A stretch of 20,000 bases of DNA from an uncultured virus (IMG/VR IMGVR_UViG_3300020379_000824) (taxonomy: Duplodnaviria > Heunggongvirae > Uroviricota > Caudoviricetes), in the IMG/VR virus record IMGVR_UViG_3300020379_000824, positions 54,444-74,443 of that record; one strand, written 5' to 3'. Made by a program: the position numbers and the translations under genes. The notes under the pieces were generated by a model. The model was not told the DNA's origin. It made no database searches and was given only the letters and a program-made list of their open reading frames with translations. Shown here piece after piece: positions 7,801 to 15,700 of this stretch. How positions within the stretch are numbered: the first letter of the stretch is position 1; each line of letters begins with the position of its first letter.

Positions 7801-10800
7801 GTTTGTTACCCAAGCACCAATACCGTCTGATATAACCTGTGTAAAGTCGTTACTAACAATCGAATCGTTACCGCCGTTGTGTAGTGCGCCATCAATCTTT
7901 TGACCAATTGCACCAGCACCAAGTGTTGTTACGTTTTGTACGTATGGTGAACGTTCAATAATCCATGTTGAGAAATCATCTGGTCCATATCCTGGATCAA
8001 GTGATACATAAGCACCACCTGAAACTCTTGAAGTTCCTAATGCATTTGGAGCAAGTAAGTCACCTGCCATGTTTGCAAGAGTTTGGTTTCTAACACCTGT
8101 ACCATTTCTTACGTAGTAGAAGTCTTCGCCATCTCTTACACCATGTACTGCGTTACCGTAGTATCTTGCAGCCATTAATGATTTGTAGTTACCGTGATAT
8201 TGTATATCATACTTGAGTGCGTCAAGTATTCTATTCATATCTCTTTCACATTTCTCACTGCTGTAATCAAGCATAACAGTCATTGATCCTGTGTCATCAT
8301 CAATTGACATTGGTGTCGAATCGTTTCTAGTTTTTGCAACTGTAAATTTAGTGCCTGAAATAATTTTGTTTACATAGTAAGTTACACCTGTTTCAAAACC
8401 ATTTCCGCCTACTGTTGCTGGAGCACTTAATATTGTTCCGCTAACTTTAATTGCAGTACCAATTCTTAACCAACTAGTATCACTAATTGTTACAGCGTCA
8501 TCTGATGCTGCTGTTGCAGTTGCAGTATCTTTGTACGTGTCTTGTACCCATGCAGTAGATTCAGCAACAATAAAGTTTCTGTTTCTTTCAATCTGTAACA
8601 TAGCATGATGTGCATTTCTTACTTCAGTAATACAAGGTGATCCTTCATTTGAACCACTGTACACAACATCGTCTAAGTGTTTCATTAGTGTGTTGATACG
8701 TGCAATTGCTGTAGCGTCTCCGCCTACATTTGCAATAGCTTGTGTTCTTACATATTCAAAAGCACTTCTTGTAGTTGCTTTCTGATCTAAGTCATAAACA
8801 TCTTTTGCTGTTGATCTCAAGTATGAAAGTGCAGCTCTCATTGTTTGCTCGTTACTATTTGTAGCAACGTCAAACATAACTGCTTCCATAATTAATCTTG
8901 TATCACGTAAACATTTGCTTTGGTTGTATAATACTTTTGGTGTAGTGCCATCTGTTTTAGTAGCACCTGGATATACAACATCTGCTCCGCTTGGAGAGTT
9001 ACAACTAAACACAATATTTGCTAGTGTGTAAGTATCTTCAATTGCTAATCCGTGTACTGCATCAACAGTAATATCCATTACACCTGTGCTGTTATTATAT
9101 GTAACTGCTGTAATGTTTAATACTGTTCCGTCACCTTTAGTAACAATACCACCACTTACATATGTGTGTGCATATGCACTTGTTCCAACATAACTTTCAA
9201 TTCTAGTTGTGCTAGGAACAGCCTGTACTGTAAAGTCAGTATGGTAATTAGTTGGATTTAAGTGGTTGATAACTCCCGTTACAACGGTCTCTTGCGCTGC
9301 GTCTAAGGTCTCTACAGCGGTGATCAATGCAGTTGTACTAGTTACACCGTTCGTTAGTGTAGGATAGTTTATAGCGTTTGCTACAACTGTTAAACTTGAT
9401 CCGTCTGTAACTGTTTGTGTACTACCACCAAATGTTGCAGACAATGTAAATGTGTTTGCATTTGGAGCAGTTTTAACCCAATACTTACGTGTTTTGTGTA
9501 ATGCTCCGCTACCTGTACCGTGCGTAGCTCTCATTACAATTGCGTCACCAACTTCTAATCCGTGATTTGTAGCAGTAAGTGTATTACTTGATGCTGCTGT
9601 AATTGTAACGTTTGGTTGATCGTTAACATCAGCAATTACTGCTGTAATAATATCAATCGAAGTACCAATAAATGTTGAAGCACCTGCGCTACCTGCTGTT
9701 CCTCTTATTTGTGGAACAACACTTTGTAATGCTGTAATAGTAGTATTAGTTGCAGCATCTTGCATTATTGCTTTTAATTTATTGTACGCTGCAATAGTTG
9801 CTGCTGTTTCTGTGCTGTCAATTTGTAATGCACCTGCTGCACCATCATAGTATGCCATAGCAGCAATTCTTGATTGGCTCTTACCACCGTATGTTAAGTC
9901 ATAACAAATAGAGTCAACAATGTAACCTACATCTTGACGACATTTCATTTTGCTGTATTTTACATTCGGGTAGTTAGCAGCAATAAATGCAATTAATTCT
10001 TCTTTAAAGAAATGTTTGTTTTCTCTAAGTCTAGCTCTTGCATCACCGTATCCGCTTAAGAATGAGCTGTTATATCCTGTAGGATCAGCACTGTTTCTTA
10101 ATTCAAATTCACCAACTCTAAAGTCGATGTTTTGTTGCATTGTTCTAACTAAACGCTCAACGTGTGTTTCTTCTACTGTGTCAGCAAAAGGAACAGCAAT
10201 ATCTTGTGAGTAAGCATTGCCTGTTGTTTTAGTAACACTTGCACCTTTAATAATATCACCAATGATTGGCTCTAAGTGTCCTAAAGCATTCATTGTATAA
10301 CGTGCATCAGTTTTATCTGTAATTGGTCCTGAAGGTCCAACGTTTGTAGATCTAACTTCATCACCAAGCACAACAGTATTTTCTGGAACAATAATTGGTC
10401 CAATTTCTCTATACTGTCCTGTTTTAATTTTAATAGTGTTCTGTGGAACATATCTTGCAGGAATGTTATCTGCATTACCTGCTGCAATTGCATCAGTAAT
10501 GATTTTTAAGTTTGCTGCAAGTACAGTGTTTGAACTTGCTTCTGCAATCAATGTTGATGTTTTAAATTGTGAAACAATAGCAGTTGAATTATCACCGTTT
10601 GTAGTTTGATAATTTACTGCTGGATCAGTTTGTGCTAATACATGATCAACCAATGTTGACATATATGCATATGCTTCTGCTGAGTTTGCTGCTTCTGTTG
10701 CTAAGTTTGAGTATGGACCTGTGTTGTAAGGTGCTTCGTAAAGAGCTCCAACAAATGCATTTGCAGCACCTCTTGATCTCTTGTTACCACCATGACACAT

Positions 10801-12675
10801 GTCATAGATCATAGCATCTAATACTAGTCCAACGTCTCTTTCACAACGATCATCTTCGTAATCAAAGTTTTCCCAAATGCTACCACTTGCAGCATTTGCA
10901 ATTTGATATGTAATCCATTCTGTAACTTCACGTTGTACAAACGCTCTGTTCATTTCAAGCAAGTGTCTTGCTTCTGGATGTCTTGGTCCGTGCAATACTG
11001 CTTCACAAGCATATCTAATTGTTTTAAATGGTTTATCAATAGTTGCACCATGTACTGGATACGGAGCATCTTTACCGTGTGTTGCCACATAGTAAACATA
11101 ATCGTTTGCGCCCATTGAACGCCATTCTGGATAATTTGCTCCAGCTTGTAAAACTTGTCCTTCTACACCAATTGGAAGTCTAGCAACACCAGCACCACCG
11201 TAGTAAACCAAATCACCTTTTGTTGTTAGTAGTGAAGTTTCACTACCTGTAATCATTTGGTTCCAGTAAGTACCTGTTGTGTCTTGGTCTGGACGACTGT
11301 TGTCTGCTCCACCACCAGCTGCACCAATTGTTGATCCGTCATCGCCTTCTGATCTATGTTTGCTAATACAAACGTATGCGTTGTCGCCGAACTTAACACA
11401 ATCGCCTACTTCATATTCGTAATCATCTTGCCATGTACCTGCCCAGTAAAAACCACTTGACAGTTTGCTCCAGTAGTTAGGTTCAATTGGATGAGCTGCA
11501 ACTCTTGCAGTCATTGAACCTGTACCTAATGCTGGTGTAAATACCGTTCCACCATGTGCAATTGAAATTGTAAATGTTGTTGCATCATCAACTGTTTTAA
11601 TGTAGTATGTTGCACCTTCGTTAACGTTACCATAAACAGCACCGCTAAAGTATACTGACATACCAACTGCCATTCCAGTTGTGGATGCTGTTGTAAATTT
11701 GTTTGTTGTGTTACTTGATTCTGATATTGTAAAGTCGTTGCTTGGTGAATCAACTGTAGCAACATATGACTGACCATTAACTGCTACAACTTGTCCAACT
11801 TTATAATCTGTTGCGTTGCTCCAATTATTTTGGAAGTCAAAACCTTTACCAAATAATGCAAAGTTTGTAGTATCAGTTGAAGGATTAGTTGAACCTGTGT
11901 GATATACTTTTGCTACGTATTGGTTACCACCGTATGATACAACATCACCTGGTTGGTATACTGTTGAATTACTCCAAGCATTTTCATATTCAAAGCCTTC
12001 AATAAACTGTGACCAGTTTGATGAGTCTGCTGTAAAGTCTGATGCATTTGAAGTATGCTGTGTAGTACAAATATATGTACCAGCACCTTGCTTAACAATA
12101 TCGTTATATTTGTATCTTGTGTTACCTGTCCAAGCACCTTTGTATTCTAGTCCTTGATTAAAGATATCCCATTTAGATTGATCATTTTCTAATCCGTCGC
12201 TGGCAGTAGCAGCAGATGTATGACCTTCGTTACAAACATAAGTTGTTGCACCGTATCTAACTAAATCGTTAATTTTATATCTTATAGAAACGTTCCAATC
12301 GCTTTTCCAGTCAAATCCTTCTGCAAAAGCAGTCCACTTTCCTAAGTCGTTTTCTAAACCTAATGAAGCAGTAGCGGCAGATGTATGCGGAGTAGAACAA
12401 ATATAAATCTGTCCACCGTACTTAACTAAGTCGTTTGTTTTGTAATATGTTGATGTAGCCCAGTCGCCCTTCCAGTCCTGACCATCTGTCATTTGGTTCC
12501 ATCTTGAAGGACTTACGTTCAAGTCTACATAAAAATCTGAATCGCTTGTATGTCCAGTAGTACAGATATACGTTTTACCGCCATATCTTACTACATCATC
12601 TTTGTAGTAGACTGTTGGAGCGGACCAATCGCCCTTCCAAACAAATCTAATTCTACCTAATTTAAACTCTGCCAT
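4849..12675 (-). CDS. Giant multidomain virion/tail appendage protein (2608 aa): 7x CBM5/12-like repeats, beta-helix (pectin-lyase-like), 4 helical CxxD repeats, Asp-box propeller, conserved C-terminus
   Basis: 7.8-kb uninterrupted ORF with GGAG SD. Shows W.G.W...Y...D.V.YG...Y.C...H repeats, the YYVATHGKD..G....PFKTI and TIKIKTGQYRE..I.VP...V.G beta-helix entry motifs, S.DG.TW / YG.G.FVAV repeats, and a GHDFLDIGTG..GGRVFY..TDQ.GNFRVG C-terminus shared with the 1862-aa paralogue. Confidence 0.85.
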   Translation of the reverse strand: MAEFKLGRIRFVWKGDWSAPTVYYKDDVVRYGGKTYICTTGHTSDSDFYVDLNVSPSRWNQMTDGQDWKGDWATSTYYKTNDLVKYGGQIYICSTPHTSAATASLGLENDLGKWTAFAEGFDWKSDWNVSIRYKINDLVRYGATTYVCNEGHTSAATASDGLENDQSKWDIFNQGLEYKGAWTGNTRYKYNDIVKQGAGTYICTTQHTSNASDFTADSSNWSQFIEGFEYENAWSNSTVYQPGDVVSYGGNQYVAKVYHTGSTNPSTDTTNFALFGKGFDFQNNWSNATDYKVGQVVAVNGQSYVATVDSPSNDFTISESSNTTNKFTTASTTGMAVGMSVYFSGAVYGNVNEGATYYIKTVDDATTFTISIAHGGTVFTPALGTGSMTARVAAHPIEPNYWSKLSSGFYWAGTWQDDYEYEVGDCVKFGDNAYVCISKHRSEGDDGSTIGAAGGGADNSRPDQDTTGTYWNQMITGSETSLLTTKGDLVYYGGAGVARLPIGVEGQVLQAGANYPEWRSMGANDYVYYVATHGKDAPYPVHGATIDKPFKTIRYACEAVLHGPRHPEARHLLEMNRAFVQREVTEWITYQIANAASGSIWENFDYEDDRCERDVGLVLDAMIYDMCHGGNKRSRGAANAFVGALYEAPYNTGPYSNLATEAANSAEAYAYMSTLVDHVLAQTDPAVNYQTTNGDNSTAIVSQFKTSTLIAEASSNTVLAANLKIITDAIAAGNADNIPARYVPQNTIKIKTGQYREIGPIIVPENTVVLGDEVRSTNVGPSGPITDKTDARYTMNALGHLEPIIGDIIKGASVTKTTGNAYSQDIAVPFADTVEETHVERLVRTMQQNIDFRVGEFELRNSADPTGYNSSFLSGYGDARARLRENKHFFKEELIAFIAANYPNVKYSKMKCRQDVGYIVDSICYDLTYGGKSQSRIAAMAYYDGAAGALQIDSTETAATIAAYNKLKAIMQDAATNTTITALQSVVPQIRGTAGSAGASTFIGTSIDIITAVIADVNDQPNVTITAASSNTLTATNHGLEVGDAIVMRATHGTGSGALHKTRKYWVKTAPNANTFTLSATFGGSTQTVTDGSSLTVVANAINYPTLTNGVTSTTALITAVETLDAAQETVVTGVINHLNPTNYHTDFTVQAVPSTTRIESYVGTSAYAHTYVSGGIVTKGDGTVLNITAVTYNNSTGVMDITVDAVHGLAIEDTYTLANIVFSCNSPSGADVVYPGATKTDGTTPKVLYNQSKCLRDTRLIMEAVMFDVATNSNEQTMRAALSYLRSTAKDVYDLDQKATTRSAFEYVRTQAIANVGGDATAIARINTLMKHLDDVVYSGSNEGSPCITEVRNAHHAMLQIERNRNFIVAESTAWVQDTYKDTATATAASDDAVTISDTSWLRIGTAIKVSGTILSAPATVGGNGFETGVTYYVNKIISGTKFTVAKTRNDSTPMSIDDDTGSMTVMLDYSSEKCERDMNRILDALKYDIQYHGNYKSLMAARYYGNAVHGVRDGEDFYYVRNGTGVRNQTLANMAGDLLAPNALGTSRVSGGAYVSLDPGYGPDDFSTWIIERSPYVQNVTTLGAGAIGQKIDGALHNGGNDSIVSNDFTQVISDGIGAWVTNNGRAELVSVFTYYSHVGYLSENGGRIRGTNGNNSYGDFGSVAEGFDSTETPNTAIVDNKFQFEATVGSVQTDNAQEVYAFEFNNAGNEYTNASWLISGAGTGATAEPDEFRDGGVHQIFLQDNVDDSTNAPEADGNFGGFGYITNSNTAQAGSSTSITLAATDAEISSAYLGMRVNVTGGAGVGQYGIIASYNSGTKIAGVTKESTGAAGFDHIVAGTAIVAPDASSTYTVEPRAVFSAPTDSSEGVTLPTSGAWQDVLHGGRTGVYLPSATYNNSGGSGASFQVVKNGGKYITTIVSGGTKYTRYDTFTIAGNNVGGAATTNDITVTVVSVDANGVILEIETAGQAQEGVWVAVKSSAAAGAYSTDGKTWTANVMPNANWTSIAHGMIDDGSTVALQSRFVAVATGSATAAYSDDGVTWSTATMPSSGTWTDVTYGEGKFVAVQAGSATVAISLDGVEWDITGTLNNTGHTRIVYGKGLFVAIKPSSNTVEYSTDAVTWTASTLPASSAWTDVSWGNGHFVAVASDTNTGAMSLDGATWVAMPMGAPDSTAVSGLQRVEYGQGQFVATAYIDGLDGFNDVATSQDGFNWTWKSLEGVTGDQVGEGYQACGFGVSDRKGYWVTIPVVSGAIASRSRLGVTARARTFVAQNKIFSVRILEPGSGYDSVPTLTITDPSEIYAVPFVVRIGNGVLANPTFISRGTGYVSASADLVGGDGFADFFQSGTFIAVRQLTDIPVTGSNVVFGHLPNETFKLVNIVTQLGTNPGAYTCFLQISPDMKVINVPAHGTSVTTRIKYSQVRLTGHDFLDIGTGNFTETNYPGLPTQDPIQANETRERAGGRVFYTATDQDGNFRVGGLFSVEQSTGVATLNADAFNIAGLQELTLGEVTLGGGSASIEEFSTDPFFTADSDSVVPTQRAIKAYISSQIGGGGASLNVNSVTAGAIYIAGTQITTTTQAPIQVNANMNFKGGVRGLPIAWSYFLN
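5935..7045 (-). repeat. Asp-box/BNR-type beta-propeller repeats in the 2608-aa protein
   Basis: Repeated W..V.(Y/H/W)G.G.FVA and (Y/I/M)S.DG.(T/E)W units (YSTDGKTW, YSDDGVTW, ISLDGVEW, YSTDAVTW, MSLDGATW, TSQDGFNW). Boundaries approximate. Confidence 0.75.
11245..12639 (-). repeat. Seven tandem ~52-55-aa CBM5/12 (chitin-binding type 3)-like repeats
   Basis: WKGDWSAPTVYYKDDVVRYGGKTYICTTGHTS, WKGDWATSTYYKTNDLVKYGGQIYICSTPHTS and five further copies. Repeat 6 is interrupted by an ~80-aa insertion. Confidence 0.75.
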
Positions 12676-12702
12676 GTTTATCTACTCCGTAGTGTTCCAT
12701 TG

Positions 12703-12710
12703 TATTTACC
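12703..12710 (-). promoter_or_regulatory. Late promoter-like motif GGTAAATA upstream of the 2608-aa gene
   Basis: Minus strand ATGGTAAATACAATGG in the 68-nt gap between the two giant genes, about 28 nt before the ATG. TAAATA core as in T4-like late promoters. Confidence 0.5.
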
Positions 12711-12743
12711 ATTAATTTGTTATCTTCTAATATTAGTGCCATG

Positions 12744-15700
12744 TTAGTCAGTCCTAATACCTCTATGCTCAAAGCTTCGATAAAATAAAGCCTGGGCTAG
12801 ATAACTTCCACCAATTCCCGCTTTCGGGCCTTGTAATTCGAACATCACTGGGACGTTCACTGCTTGTCCTGCTGTATTACCAATTTCGTCAGGACCAATC
12901 TTAACTGTACCTGCAATAAAGCTCGCTGTTAGCAAGTCCGCTCCACCAACGTTAAGTCTGTTTGTTAAGTACGCTTTGATTGCTCTCTGTGTAGGGATAA
13001 TATTATTTGAATCCGCAATAAACAGAGGATCTGTTGAGAACTCTCTAATAATTGTACCAGTACCACCAACTCTAATACCACCTAGTGCAAGTTCTGTAAG
13101 ACCTGCTAAGTCGAAGAAGTCAGCACTAATAGTAACAATACCAGTAGCCTGTTCAACAGCAAACAATTCACCAACCCTAAAGTTACCTGATTGGTCTGTA
13201 CTTGAGTAGAACACCCTACCACCGTTTATTTCTTGCACTTCATTTTCTGGATAAGAAATATAATTCTGTGCGTACAATGCTGGATAATTGGTTTGTGTAA
13301 AGTTACCTGTACCAATATCCAGGAAGTCGTGGTTTGAAATTCTACATTGTGAATATCTTGTATTAATTGTTACACCATTACCGTGATTTGTTGTAGGATC
13401 GTCCTCAATTTTAAGTTCAGGACTTACTCTAAATCTTAGTGTAAATGTTCCACCAGTATCAACACTTTCTTGTTCAATAACAACAACAGTGTAAAGTTCT
13501 GGGTTACCATTAAGTCTTAACTGTGCACCTGGGCCAATAACAACTGGCATTCCGGAAACTGTTACAAACTTACCTACTGGAATAATATCTGCAAAACCAT
13601 CACCTGTAACTGTTACAGTAGTTGTACTTGTTTTATATGCATTACCTCTATTAGTCCAACTTGGTTGTGCTAATACGCCGTCTGCAAATCTTGTCATATC
13701 AAGTTCAAGTTCACCTGTGTTGTTAGGATCAATAACTGTGTAACCAACAGGAGTATTAACAGGATCATAACCTGAACCTGGATCCCAAAGTTTTACAACT
13801 CCGATTGAACCAGCAGCTACATCTGCTCTACCTTTAATTTGTTTACCTGTGTAAACAACCTTGTGAGCAAATTTAACATCTCTATCAAGTATTACCCATC
13901 TACCTTTTCTGTTATCAACACCGTCTGTAGGATCTGCATCTGGATTACCAAACGCACATCTGTTCCAGTTACCTGTTCCTTCTAGGTCTCTTTCTTGCCA
14001 ATGTATTCCATCTTCTGATGTGTAAATGTATTGTACAGGTCCTGTTGTTGCATCGCCTGCAATTGCTCTACCTGCTGTATCGTAAAGTGCCATAAACACA
14101 CCTTGACCATACTTTAAATCATTCCATTGTAATAATGTTGAGCCGTCTAACAATGGTGTTGTTGCAGGATACCAAGTTTGTCCATCGAATGAATAACCAA
14201 TTTCGCCTGTGTCTGCTATTGCAACATATCTGTTGTTACCATAAGCAACACGTTTCCAGTCTCTTTGCGAACTGTCTGCAATAACATCCATAATGTAAGT
14301 AGTCCAACTAATAGTTGAACCGTTCCATGTACCTACTGCTGCTAAGTTATTACTTTGTGCAATTGCAACAAACTGTCCTTTACCGTAAGTAACACTTGTC
14401 CACTGGTTTATTGTTGAGTCACCTGCTGCTGGAAAGTTAATTGCTGACCAAGTTGCTCCACCGTTAGTGGATAATGCAGCATTGTTTCCTGATGTTGAAA
14501 CTGCAACAAATAAGTTTGCTTGTACTTCGTCATATACTGGATTACCAAATGCAACATCTGCCCAGTTAGTTGATGCTGGTAATGTAAATGGTGTCCATGT
14601 GTTACCATTTAAACTGTAAGCACCTACATCTGATGAATCTTTAATTGCAACAAATCTTCCGTTACCTGCTGCTATTGAATTCCATACACCTGAGGATGGT
14701 AAGTTTGTAGTTGACCATGATGTACCATTTAATGAATAGTTAACAGTAGTACCTGTACTTGCAACAGCAACAAATCTACCGCTTTCTGCAAATCCTGAGT
14801 GTTCAAATGTAACAATACTGTTTGTACTATCGTCAGTTACACTGTGTACTGTAATAGTAATGTTGTTATCGTCGCCAGCACCTAAACTAGTACCTAAAAT
14901 TGTAAGAGTATCACCTACTGCATAACCAGCACCACCATTCCTTAGTGTAATTGTATAGTCTTTACCAAGTTTAGTAATATCAAATGTTGGATTTGCTGCT
15001 GGAACACCAATTGTAGTACCTGTTCCTGTACCTGTTGCTGAAATAGATGTAAACACTCCTGATGTTTCACCGTAAGTAACTCCACCCCATGTTGTACCTG
15101 CGTCAAGAGTAGATACTGCATGACTAAATGGTGGTTGATCAAATATAACTCTAGGCTCAAATCTATAAGTTGTACCTGTTAACAACTGTGTTAAGATTGG
15201 TGTACCTGGAACTACATGATCCCAACCTGGTGTGCTATCAGATTCTTTGTAAACTGTTACAACTTTTGAAGTACTGTTGTATGCATGTACATAACCGTAC
15301 TGTCCTGTACCTGGACCTGATGTTAAAATAATTCTTAAACCTAATAAGTTTGCTTCTTCGTTATCATCGTTAGTAGCAATTGTAACTGTTAAATCGTCAC
15401 CAGTCTGAGCATTGTTACCAATAAGCGTAAATCCACCTCCACCTGCTGCGGAAGATGCTTCACCTGTAACAATTCTTGCTTCAAACATAGAGTCATCTCT
15501 ATAATCTTCTTGTATAACTGCTGCGTTTGTACCTGAACCAACAAATGTATATTCTGCATTTGTATAGTTTTGACCGCAAGTTCTAAACTCTAGTGCAAGA
15601 ATTTCGTCATTTACTTCTCCAGCAAATGCTGATACAATCTGTGCTTCTTCTAATCTGTTATTAAGTGTAGCAGTAATTGGTGTTTCTGAAGGATCAGTAC

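Noticed and set aside
12727..12736. Perfect 10-bp palindrome CTAATATTAG
   Set aside because: Short, AT-rich and seen only once; likely chance.
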